Shown here: piece after piece, positions 30,506 through 40,000 of the stretch | Layout of the letters: every line of letters begins with the position of its first letter | How positions within the stretch are numbered: position 1 is the stretch's first letter | DNA from: a virus | Virus record (IMG/VR): IMGVR_UViG_3300009117_000047 | Coordinates: 83,877-135,850 of that record | Reading direction: 5' to 3' (one strand) | DNA: 51,974 nucleotides | Notes under the pieces: generated by a model | What the model was told of the DNA's origin: nothing | The model's database searches: none | The model's input: the letters and a program-made list of their open reading frames with translations, nothing else | Position numbers and translations under genes: made by a program

Positions 30506-32048
30506 AAATTTGTTGCCCATATATGTAGTAATACATATTTAGCAAGTAGCTATAACGGTTAAAGTCGTATGGGAACGATAAGACCGTGGAAAGATTTATT
30601 AAAGTGTTGAAATATAAAAATAACAAGGAGATATGATTGAGAAAAGAACAATTTTTAAATTATAAAGAGAAAATTACATTTTGTAACAAATGCCAACAAA
30701 ATTTACATATTGATAATTTCAATTATGAAAAAATAAGGCTCAATGGGACAGGAGTTTGTAGGGCTTGTGAGTGGATAGCCGCACATAAAGAAAAAATCAA
30801 TAATTCTACTTATGATGAAAACGTTTTGAAAATAATAGTGCATCAAATCTTTGAAAACGAGTCGTTAAAAATTAACAATCTGGTAAATATTATAAAAATT
30901 GATTTAGATACAATTATCGACATGATAGAATATTTAAAAATTGGTAATAAACATTATTATGTAGATGTTCCATGTGAAGCTTGTAATAAATCAGTTACTG
31001 TCAATCCAGCAAAATATAAATCAAATAAAAATATCTATTGTTCACAAGAATGCTATTGGAATGATAAAACTAATAAAGTGGATAAAGGTAAGGATAGCGT
31101 ATATTATAATAGAATTAAAACTACATGTTCAAATTGCGGAAAAGAAATAGAAATTATTCCATCGCAGTACGATATTATGAATAGGTATAACGATAATCAT
31201 AACTTTTGTTCTCAGAAATGTTATTGGATATATAGAGGAAAGTATTATATAAATGAAAAATCTAATACTTATAATATGAAAATTTCAGAAGATGTTAAAA
31301 ATAGAATGAGAGAAGATTTCGTTAAAAGAATGAGTGGATTAAATAGGCTTAATACAAAACCACAAAAAATTGTTGATGATTTACTAGATGAACTGAATAT
31401 TAAGTATGAAAGAGAATATCCGATTAAGTATTATTCAATTGATAATTATTTAGTTGAGTATAATCTAATGATTGAAGTAATGGGAGATTATTGGCATGCA
31501 AATCCAAATAGATATAATGAAAATAAGTACTCATTAAACAAAATTCAAATGAATGGAATACATAGAGATAAACTTAAACATTCTTATATTTTAAATCATG
31601 AAAATATCGAGATATTATATTTATGGGAATATGATTTAGTTCACGACCCTCAGAAATGTAAAGAATTAATAGATAAATATATTAAAAGTAATGGTGTTTT
31701 GTCAGATTATCATTCATTAAATTATAAAATTATTGATTCTTTACTCACGTGTTGTAAAACAATTGTGCCGTATCAAAACAAAACGGCAGATGAATATAGA
31801 CATTTATTAAAAAACGTAATTTAACAAACACTTTAATAAAAATCCCTAGAGACTGTAATACTTGTTATGGTAACATAATAAGTTTCGCTACTCCCCTACT
31901 TTCATAAAATATGATTGAGGGTGAAGATCCAGTCCGACCTCACACAATAATCCCAAATAAAGAAATGTGAGAGTATGCCAGAAATGACATACCGCCATAT
32001 TAATTATGGTCAGTAGCTATTTTAAATAATAGTGAAAGTAACAGAATG
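30506..32048 (+). ncRNA. Group I intron 1 in the TMP gene (1543 nt, endonuclease-containing)
   Basis: P1 TGGGT/GCCCA with U-G at the splice site; P10 AAATTTGTT pairs with exon 2 AACGAGTTT; P7 GACTG (31851)/CAGTC (31930); terminal G 32048; in-frame join YNKLG|NEFATS. Confidence 0.92.
30637..31824 (+). CDS. Intron-encoded homing endonuclease: Zn-finger repeats plus Vsr/DUF559-like PD-(D/E)XK domain
   Basis: Repeated CxxC...YCSxxC modules, then IDNYL...IEVMGDYWH...RD..K...LYLWE. Looped out by TTTATTAAAGTGTT / AACACTTTAATAAA. Confidence 0.8.
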   Translation: MRKEQFLNYKEKITFCNKCQQNLHIDNFNYEKIRLNGTGVCRACEWIAAHKEKINNSTYDENVLKIIVHQIFENESLKINNLVNIIKIDLDTIIDMIEYLKIGNKHYYVDVPCEACNKSVTVNPAKYKSNKNIYCSQECYWNDKTNKVDKGKDSVYYNRIKTTCSNCGKEIEIIPSQYDIMNRYNDNHNFCSQKCYWIYRGKYYINEKSNTYNMKISEDVKNRMREDFVKRMSGLNRLNTKPQKIVDDLLDELNIKYEREYPIKYYSIDNYLVEYNLMIEVMGDYWHANPNRYNENKYSLNKIQMNGIHRDKLKHSYILNHENIEILYLWEYDLVHDPQKCKELIDKYIKSNGVLSDYHSLNYKIIDSLLTCCKTIVPYQNKTADEYRHLLKNVI

Positions 32049-32450
32049 AACGAGTTTGCAACTTCAGCCGCAGATATTGGTGAAGGCTTAAGAAATTCTG
32101 CATCTGCTTTAGCGTTAGCAGGTAACGACATTAATCAATCAATGGCTATGATTACTGGCGGTGCTGAAATAATGCAAGATGCAGGAGAAATGGGAAATGC
32201 TGTAAAAATTTTAAGTATGCGTTTGCGGGGAATGAAGGGTGAATTAGAAAGCATTGGCGAAGAGTACGAAAATGTAGAATCTATTAGCAAAATTCAGACC
32301 CAAATTTTAAACAGAACAAAAGGTACTGTCAATATTTTCGACGACGCAGGAAATTTTAAAAGCACATACGAAATTATTCAAGGAATTGCTAAAGTTTGGA
32401 ATGATATTTCTCAAGTAGACCAAGCAAGTTTGCTAGAAATTATAGCTGGT
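32049..32450 (+). CDS. Tape measure protein, exon 2 (134 codons)
   Basis: NEFATSAADIGEGL...GNAVKILSMRLRG...FKSTYEI...LLEIIAG, conserved TMP core. Confidence 0.88.
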
Positions 32451-32932
32451 AGATTTTACCAGTATGTACAGAAATGTGCATAAAGAACATATTTAATTGC
32501 AGGTAAAGTGTAAAGCCTTACACCACAATATAGAGGAAACTACTATATGAAGGTACGAAAGTAGAAAAAACGTAAGGATGATATATGGTCAAAAGCCTAA
32601 GTATCTTTAACAATCACAGCTCATGCAGCGAAGCACCCTAACGTATCCCGTAGACCATACGGTACTTTAGTCGAGGGTGAACGTTCAACGACTAGATTCA
32701 TGTCGAGATTTGGACTAGAGAATAAAGGTGGAATCCTGAATATCCAAATCAATAATCGTAGGGCGCAAATTTATGGCGTGGGTGAAACTCCCTTAAATCG
32801 AAAAGGTATGACTGCTATTCTATATTTAGAATGTGGTTAAAAAATAGTCTAAACTTCTGTGGAAGCACAGAGATGTTATTATTGATATATTATAATAACT
32901 AGTGAGCGTTATTAACTCACTGAATATAATTG
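32451..32932 (+). ncRNA. Group I intron 2 in the TMP gene (482 nt, no ORF)
   Basis: P element AATTGCAGG, Q element ATGCAGCGAAG, P7 GACTA (32690)/TAGTC (32845), terminal G 32932; in-frame join IAG|KQRGN; P1 GCTGGT/ACCAGT. Confidence 0.88.
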
Positions 32933-33259
32933 AAGCAACGTGGCAACTCTATAGCCGCTCTCATCCAGTCTTTTCAATCTGGTCAAGCACAAAAAGCATT
33001 ATCCGCAGCTCAAAACTCTTCTGGTTCAGCTATGCAAGAACAAGAACGTTGGTTGAATAGTATCCAAGCTAAGCAACAACAACTTGTAGCTTCAGCTCAA
33101 GAATTTAGCAATACATTTTTATCGTCTTCAACTGTTAAAGGTTCTGTTGATGGTTTAAATTTAATTATTAGTGGACTCACAGATGTAACAAAATTATTAG
33201 GAACAATTCCTACACTTGCAACTATAGCTTTTGGAGTTATGGGAGCAAAAGGTTACGGT
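32933..33259 (+). CDS. Tape measure protein, exon 3 (109 codons)
   Basis: KQRGNSIAAL...NSSGSAMQEQERWLNSIQAK, typical TMP continuation; ends GGT| before the intron 3 core. Confidence 0.85.
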
Positions 33260-33931
33260 AAACATACACCCATATGCCCTGTTTATATTTAATATATAGC
33301 AATCGTTACATATTAAGTGTGAGCTGTCCTTGAGGGTTGGCAGTCAAGGAGTAACAGTTGTGCCATGCAAATATAAATTGAGTTTTCATATTAAATTGCA
33401 TCGGTCAGGTTAAATTGCTGGGAAGTTCTCATGAATCTTATAACTATAATACATAGTAGAAATAGTTTCTGAAAAGTAGAAAAAATCATAAGATTCGACA
33501 TATGGTGAAATAAAAGCATATTAGCGTGATGAACTAGTATGTCCTAAGTGTCATGGAAGTTTAATCAAATTCTTTCAAAGGGATGGTCAGCAGCCAGTCA
33601 CCCTACCCTACTTTGGGTAACGATGTGTGAGCATTGTACTAAAGACATATTTAGACTTGTATCTTGTACTAGGAACAATCTAATTATGGTACAGTTGGTG
33701 GAGGTTCATCGGCTTTAAGCCTCGGAGACTATCATACGAGATTGATAGTCTTTTAATATAAAGTCAGGACTACGCATGAAAAGATTAAATAAAGTGCGTA
33801 ACGGTAGTTTAAAGACTACGGTAAAATGAGTGCATTAAAAATAGTAATAACAAATTTTGACAAAATATATAGATTATTTACAATTGTTGGTATATAATGT
33901 TTATTATATTACTGATGATTGGAGACAGCAT

Positions 33932-34783
33932 ATGAATGTTGATACTAAAACTTTAAAAAATATAATAAAAGGAAATTCAATACATAATCAATGTAAAAAT
34001 CATAAACAAGTATTACGAGAATTTTTATTATTAGAAGACGAAACAATTCAATTAATTAAAGATAAAAAGTGTAAAGACGTAATACCATATATATTATGGA
34101 ATAATTTTGTAAACGATAAAGGAACTTTAGCTCCTAAAACAAAAATACAATACAAAAGATATGTATGGGGACAAAAGGTGTTTGTTGATTTTGGGGCTAC
34201 TAATATTCAAACAGAGCTATCATTCCCTCATCCAGCAATTGTTTTATTTAATTTCGCAAATACAGTAATTATAGTTCCAACAACAACTGATGATAAAACT
34301 TCAGATTTTTCAGAAGACATTGAAGAATCTATTATAAAAGTTAAAAGTGACAATGCAATATTCCCAAAGAATAGTGTTATCAATATTCATCAAATTATGT
34401 CGATTCATAAAGAAAGAATCATTAACGATTTAGGTGTTAATGTTAAAAACTATATAATGGATAAAGTAGAAATAGATAGGTTAAATGAGAATAATAGGTT
34501 TAAATTTTTTCATTATGATTCAAATTTGCTCGACTGTATAAGACTTAAGATAAATTTACAACTTAATAAAGATTATTTTGAGGATTTTTATTTAGAAAGT
34601 GCATATACTGATAATGAAATATATAAATTGAATGATGAAATCAAAAACTTAAAAGAGATAAACAAAAAACTAGAATTATGTATTGACGAAAAAACTAAAT
34701 TATGTTACAATGCAAATACAAGCAATAATTGTTATGAAGATAACTTAAACAAATGTTGCTCTATATTGTCAGCCGAAAGGTGA
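33932..34783 (+). CDS. PemK/MazF-like endoribonuclease-fold protein (intron cargo)
   Basis: WGQKVFVDFG.TNIQTELSFPHPAIVL...VIIVPTT...INIHQIMSIHKERI; ATG 33932 behind GGAG; promoter-like TTGACA at 33857 and TATAAT at 33893. Confidence 0.72.
   Translation: MNVDTKTLKNIIKGNSIHNQCKNHKQVLREFLLLEDETIQLIKDKKCKDVIPYILWNNFVNDKGTLAPKTKIQYKRYVWGQKVFVDFGATNIQTELSFPHPAIVLFNFANTVIIVPTTTDDKTSDFSEDIEESIIKVKSDNAIFPKNSVINIHQIMSIHKERIINDLGVNVKNYIMDKVEIDRLNENNRFKFFHYDSNLLDCIRLKINLQLNKDYFEDFYLESAYTDNEIYKLNDEIKNLKEINKKLELCIDEKTKLCYNANTSNNCYEDNLNKCCSILSAER
34683..34711 (+). promoter_or_regulatory. Sigma-A promoter inside the 3' end of the PemK-like gene
   Basis: TTGACG, 17-nt spacer ending TGT, TACAAT. Confidence 0.65.
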
Positions 34784-34841
34784 GACCGTTAACTTAATGC
34801 TTTAAATGATAAGGAGTAGTGGAAGTGTCCTACTCCTTTTT
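34718..34841 (+). ncRNA. Candidate small RNA (possible RNA antitoxin) overlapping the PemK-like 3' end
   Basis: Bounded by the 34683 promoter and a strong terminator; hairpins AGCAATA/TGTTGCT and GCC-GAAA-GGT; no separate ORF. Confidence 0.4.
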
Positions 34842-34878
34842 GCTTGTTTTAACACTTGTTTTTAGCAAGTGTTTTTTT
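34811..34878 (+). terminator. Tandem intrinsic terminators inside intron 3
   Basis: AAGGAGTAG...CTACTCCTTTTT and AACACTTG...CAAGTGTTTTTTT. Confidence 0.75.
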
Positions 34879-34947
34879 GTTATGTAAAACATTCAAATAT
34901 ATAACAAAATATGGTATACTAAAAATAAAATGCTATGAGGTGAAGTT

Positions 34948-35031
34948 ATGGGAGAAAAAATGGAAAAGTTTGTTTTTATTGTATGCATTGTGGACTTCAA
35001 TCTAGCAAGATGTTTCCCCTACTCAGGTTAA
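34948..35031 (+). pseudogene. Frameshifted, truncated paralog of the Zn-ribbon gene at 36510
   Basis: RBS GAGGTG; adding one A to the A6 run gives MGEKNGKVCFYCMHCG versus MSERNGKICFYCTKCG. Confidence 0.7.
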
Positions 35032-35069
35032 TCTAAAAATTTACTTTGGATTATTTTTCAAATTTTGTA

Positions 35070-35098
35070 TTGACATTACGTAACCTGTATGTTATGGT
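35070..35098 (+). promoter_or_regulatory. Sigma-A promoter of the RHH-BRO unit
   Basis: TTGACA, 17-nt spacer ending TGT, TATGGT. Confidence 0.65.
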
Positions 35099-35131
35099 AT
35101 ATACATGGTACATAAAGAAAGGTGTGATTGC

Positions 35132-35308
35132 ATGGCAGATACAAATTCTAAATCAAGAAAACGTGTAGCAACTACTGTTAATCCTGATATATGGCAAAAC
35201 TTTAAAGTAGCTTGCGTTAAAAGTCAACTTGATATGAATGATGTGTTGGAATTACTTATGCAAGCGTATTCTGATGGTGTCATTAAACTAGAAGATATTT
35301 CAGAATAA
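35132..35308 (+). CDS. Ribbon-helix-helix (CopG/Arc-like) regulator (intron cargo)
   Basis: RKRVATTVNPDIWQNFKVAC...MNDVLELLM pattern; ATG 35132 behind AAGGTG. Confidence 0.7.
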   Translation: MADTNSKSRKRVATTVNPDIWQNFKVACVKSQLDMNDVLELLMQAYSDGVIKLEDISE

Positions 35309-35433
35309 AAAAGATAACCCTCGTCACCGACCAAAGTATCAAGGGTTATCTACATAATGTAATTAAAACAATATCTGTTTTCAATTATACCAAATCTTAA
35401 AAGTTATGTCAAATATAATTTGAAAAGGATGGT

Positions 35434-36252
35434 ATGAGTATGAAAAATGAATTCGCAAATGTAATGATTTTTGAAGGTCATAATGTAGAAGTTTTTGAAT
35501 GGAATGGAAAAATATTATTTAATCCGTATCATGTAGGAAATTGTTTAGACCTTGGCGAAAGTGCTGTAAAAATGGCAATCACTAAAATGAACGGAAAACA
35601 AGTTATTAAACTTACAAACTCTAAAGTCAAAGATGTTGACTTTAGAAAACTACATAATACAGGCGAGAATTTCTTAACTGAAAGTGGAGTATATAAACTT
35701 ATTTTTAAATCTCATAAACCAGAGGCAGAGAAATTCCAAGACTGGGTAACTGATGAAGTTCTTCCTACTATTCGCAAACATGGAATATATGCTACAGATT
35801 CAACTATTGAAACTATACTAAATAATCCAGATACAATGATTGCAGTTTTGCAGGAATTAAAGAGTGAACGAGAACAGAAAATTGCTCTTCAAAAAGAAAA
35901 CACCTTATTGATTCCAGATGCTAAAATGGCTAATGATTTAATGAAATATAACGGATTATATACATTAAAAGAAATTGCAGATTTAATTGAATGTGGACGG
36001 ACAGAACTATGTACCCTACTCCGTATTGGAAAAGTGTTAAGCAAGCAATCTGGTTACAATCTTCCATTGAGAAAGTTCATAGAATCAGGTTATTTTAAAG
36101 TCAAAATACATAGCAACACCAAAGTGCCTGTTACGTTAATTGCTCCGAAAGGGTTGAAATTCATCTATAGGTTAATAAAGAAACTTGATATGACAGATGA
36201 GTTTAATTCAGATTTATTGATTTCAACATATAAAGATAGTGAGGTGGCTTAA
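35434..36252 (+). CDS. BRO-N / KilA-C phage antirepressor (intron cargo)
   Basis: FLTESGVYKLIFKSHKPEAEKFQDWVTDEVLPTIRKHGIY, NPD, C-terminal TLIAPKGLKFI. Confidence 0.9.
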   Translation: MSMKNEFANVMIFEGHNVEVFEWNGKILFNPYHVGNCLDLGESAVKMAITKMNGKQVIKLTNSKVKDVDFRKLHNTGENFLTESGVYKLIFKSHKPEAEKFQDWVTDEVLPTIRKHGIYATDSTIETILNNPDTMIAVLQELKSEREQKIALQKENTLLIPDAKMANDLMKYNGLYTLKEIADLIECGRTELCTLLRIGKVLSKQSGYNLPLRKFIESGYFKVKIHSNTKVPVTLIAPKGLKFIYRLIKKLDMTDEFNSDLLISTYKDSEVA

Positions 36253-36423
36253 ATGAAACCTCAGAAATATCTGAAAGCGATTGTATTGATGTTAGATCAC
36301 TATCATGATACAAAGTTGGTAGAAAAGAAATTTTCTATTAGTGAGTTAGAAGATGCTCGTAAGTGGCTTGCTACATATGATTATGGGAACAACGTGTGTT
36401 TATGTTATGAGATGTACATATGA
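36253..36423 (+). CDS. Small hypothetical protein, 56 aa (intron cargo)
   Basis: RBS GAGGTGG; follows the antirepressor directly; followed by a terminator. Confidence 0.6.
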   Translation: MKPQKYLKAIVLMLDHYHDTKLVEKKFSISELEDARKWLATYDYGNNVCLCYEMYI

Positions 36424-36435
36424 TTACAAAAAATT

Positions 36436-36462
36436 GAGAGTGGAACATTTCACTCTCTTTTT
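36436..36462 (+). terminator. Intrinsic terminator inside intron 3
   Basis: GAGAGTG...CACTCTCTTTTT. Confidence 0.7.
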
Positions 36463-36509
36463 ATGATGTAAAGGATGTGATATAATTAAATAAAAAAGGA
36501 GTTGGGCGC

Positions 36510-36974
36510 ATGAGCGAAAGGAATGGTAAAATTTGTTTTTACTGCACTAAATGCGGTGATTATACTTTTAATGAAGATGATTATGAATACCTTAATAGAA
36601 AATGTTATTATTGTGGTAGCGACATAAAAGAATATGATTTGAAATATTTCTTAAGTAAATATGAAGCAAATGTATTTTCGGATTTAAAAGATAACCAACG
36701 AAAAGAGTTTTTAAGATTATTATACGAAGACTTCATTATAAATAAATCAGAATTTGACGTTAATATATTTAGAGATAATGCAACATTGTCAAATTTAGAA
36801 ATCGTGTTTGACAAAAACAAACCATTGATTAAACCTAAGTGCCCATATTGTCACTCAAACGATACGCATAAAATATCTACCGCTGGAAGGATGATTTCTG
36901 GTGGATTACTTGGGTTCGGATCAGGCAAGATTGGGAAAAGTTGGCATTGTTCTACTTGCAATAGTAATTTCTAA
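36510..36974 (+). CDS. Double Zn-ribbon protein with glycine-rich segment (intron cargo)
   Basis: CTKCG...CYYCG and PKCPYCHS...GGLLGFGSGKIGKSWHCSTC; extended -10 TGATATAAT and RBS AAGGAG. Confidence 0.8.
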   Translation: MSERNGKICFYCTKCGDYTFNEDDYEYLNRKCYYCGSDIKEYDLKYFLSKYEANVFSDLKDNQRKEFLRLLYEDFIINKSEFDVNIFRDNATLSNLEIVFDKNKPLIKPKCPYCHSNDTHKISTAGRMISGGLLGFGSGKIGKSWHCSTCNSNF

Positions 36975-37043
36975 CTTGCAAGCCAAGTATAAATTATCTT
37001 TAATCAAGACCATCATCAAGTCTAGCTTATAAAAAAGATAACG

Positions 37044-40000
37044 AGTATGTTAAGCAGTTTTAAAGGTAAAGACATACTTGGCGGCATGAATAAAGAAACA
37101 TATCTTACTGAATTAGAAAATAAATTAAACGGAAATATAGTTTCATTTAATAAATGGAAGAATGCCTTACCAACAAAAGAACTCCAAGATTTTGCAACAA
37201 AAGCAAAAACGAATGGTGGAGTGATTTCTGATTTTGACTCCTACGTTAAAAAATCATCTCAAGGGTTAAAAGGTCTTTCCTCATCTTTTGGTGCAACTGC
37301 AAAATCAATAGCTTTAAACATGGGCGTAATGTTAGCTATCACATTAGCAATCAAAGGTATTGCTATGGCTTTCGATGCAGTAAATGTTACTTTCGCAGAA
37401 CAAAAAGATAAAGTAGATGGACTGACAGAAGGCTATAATAGTCTTAAAACTGAATTAGATGATTTAAAATCTAAAAATCCATCTAAATTAACTTCAAGCG
37501 AAAAAGAGAGAATGAATTATCTTGAACATAGATTAGAACTTGAAAAACAGCTACTAGATATTGAAAATAGAAAATTAGCTGATAGTGCAATTTATGGCAA
37601 GGGAGATATTACTAGCGGAGGAATTCAGGCTACAACCGCAAATTTAAATTCTGAATTTATACTAAGTGGTGGAGTCATAGATAGTAATATCGAAAAGCTG
37701 AATAATTTAAAGACTTCTTTTCAAAATCTTGATACGAGCAGTCCTAACTTTAAGCAAAGATTAGAAGACTTAAATGCTAGAGAGCAAAAAATAAATGACA
37801 CTTTAGAAGAAAGAAAAAATAAATATATTGAGCTTGAATCTGGGTATCTTAAAAATGCTGAAGATATTCGTTCATATATTGATGCTGGTGTTTATAGTAA
37901 CGACAAGAAGGCTTTAGAAGATGCAAAGTCTCTCATGGACTATAACCTAAAACAAGCTGATTTAGTAAAACAACGAATATTTGAGATTGAAGGAACTATA
38001 GGTAACGAGGACTTCTTCTCGTCTGCCGTATTTAAAACAGTTGAATCCGATTTAAAGGAATTAGCCAAACAAGGTAAATTGACCTCTGATGCTTTAGCAG
38101 ACAATAAGTATTCAGAACTAAATGAGTTGATGAAATCTTTAGGGATATCTATCGAAGATTTAGTCAAAAAACTTAATGGTGTATCAGATTCAGAGCAAGC
38201 ATTCTCCCCTCTTACATCTGCTATAAATGAATACGAAGATGCTATTTCTGCTATACCTGAAAAATTAGCTGAAATTGAAGAAATCCAAGATAAAGTTAAT
38301 GATGGTTATTCATATAGTTACGATGAGATTGAAAAATTAAGAGCGAAGTATCCAGAGTTAGAAAGTGCTATTTATCGTACTGCTGACGGATGGGGAATAG
38401 AAAAAGAAGCTGTAGATTTGTTGCATGGTTCTGTTGGTGATTTGGGTGAACAATATAAAACCGTTCAATCCGTAATGACCGAAGCATTAAATTCTGATGT
38501 AGCAACTAGACTATCTAATTTAGGTATTGAACTTGAAGGAATTAAAACAATAGCAGATGCTTATGCGGCTATTGCAGGGGCTAGACAGAAAGCAGGTGGA
38601 GCCACACCTTTATCTAATGGTGCTGCTGGAGCAACTTTGCCTTCAAAAGATGCGGATTTATCAAAATTAATAAACATTTCAGCTTATAGTCAGGATGCGA
38701 TTAATTTTGGAAAAGAAGCTGAAAGACTTTCTGCTCTCCAAGAAAAACTTAAAGATTTGCAGTCAGGTAGAGTATCGGGTGGTTCACCATCAAAATCTAA
38801 ATCATCTAAAGAAACAGAAGCATACAAAGCTCAAATTGATGCTTATGCTAAACTTCAAGCTGAACTAGACAAAATTCAAGCTGACATTTCTGCCAATGAA
38901 AAGAAATTTAATGATACAAAAGACGATAAAGAAAAAATCTATCTACTTCAACAAAGGATTGCTCTCACCCAGCAAGAACAGGTGGCACTACATAATCTCA
39001 ATAATGCAAGAGATAAAGAGATAGCTAATAACGTTAAATTATTACAGCAAAAAGGATTTGATGTTAGCTATAATCCTGATTCTAATAACTTAGAAATTAG
39101 TAATTTAGAACATTTGAATGACTTAAAAGGTAAGAATCAAGAAAAGACAAACGACCTAATTAAAGAGTATGAGGAATTAATTAAATCTACTCAATCTCTG
39201 AACGAAGAGAATAAAAAATCATCTACTTCTTGGTGGGATAGTTATTATAATTTGTCTAAGTATAAGGATGAAATTAAAGACCTTAACGAAGAAATTTATA
39301 ATAAAGAGGTAGATAATCAAGAGCACTTATTAGAATTGTTATCTTCTGTTAGTGGAACTGAATCTCAACAAATTGCCATTCGTGAAGATATGCAAAAAAG
39401 AGCATTGCAGAGAAGACAAGAGTTGATAAATGATGACTATAGTCTTCATGTTGAAGAGATCAGAAAGTTGGAAAATGACTGGAAATCTTACTATGATAAA
39501 GTTCTTGAGTTACAAAAACAACAGTTAGAAAATGAAAAAAAATTATTAGAACAGCAAAAATCTGATAGAGATTCTGCCCTCTCTGCTATCACAAGTGCAA
39601 TAGATGATGAAATTAGTAAGCTTCAAAAAGAGAAAGATGCCTTATCTGAAGCAAATGATGAGCGTGAAAGAAAGCTTAAGCTTCAAGAGTTGGAAGCTAA
39701 TGCAGAAAAAGCTCGTTCTCAAAAGACTGCTTATATTTATCGTGAGAATAAGGGTTTTACTTACGAAGCTGATCAAACTGCTATTACAGATGCTAATAAT
39801 GCTATCAATGATTATAAAGCAGAACAAGCGTTAAAAGATAAGCAAAAAGCCTTACAAGATGAAATTGATAGTCTACAAGAATATAAATCCAAATGGGAAG
39901 AAGTAGCAAATGCTGTTGAGGAACAAGAAAATAAACAAAAAGCAGCGATGTTACTTGGATCAAATTGGAAAAGTAAAATTATTGGTCAGGATACCACTGT

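Larger units (their letters stand above)
33260..37043 (+). ncRNA. Group I intron 3 in the TMP gene (3784 nt) with multi-gene cargo in the P9 region
   Basis: P4 TTGCTGG (33415)/TCAGCAG (33587); P7 GGCTT (33711)/AAGTC (33761); P8 GACTATCA/TGATAGTC; P9 TACGCA/TGCGTA; P10 AACATAC (33261) pairs with GTATGTT (37045); terminal G 37043; in-frame join KGYG|SMLSS. Confidence 0.75.

Noticed and set aside
30506-30562. C-terminal tails of track ORFs 29297..30562, 32046..32483 and 32930..33292, and the starts at 32046, 32930 and 37047
   Set aside because: The tails are read-through into intron sequence; the starts at 32046 and 32930 are formed by the intron terminal G, and none of the three has an SD sequence. 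The pieces are exons, not separate genes or a pseudogene.
36973-36988. AACTTGCAAGCCAAGT resembling the palindrome at 967-982
   Set aside because: Only two short copies with a mismatch; chance cannot be excluded, and the second may simply be an intron P9 hairpin.
30506-37043. Group II intron, intein or IStron interpretation of the TMP interruptions
   Set aside because: No GUGCG 5' end or reverse transcriptase, stops in frame, and no transposase or TnpB. U-preceded 5' sites, terminal G and P7 elements indicate group I.
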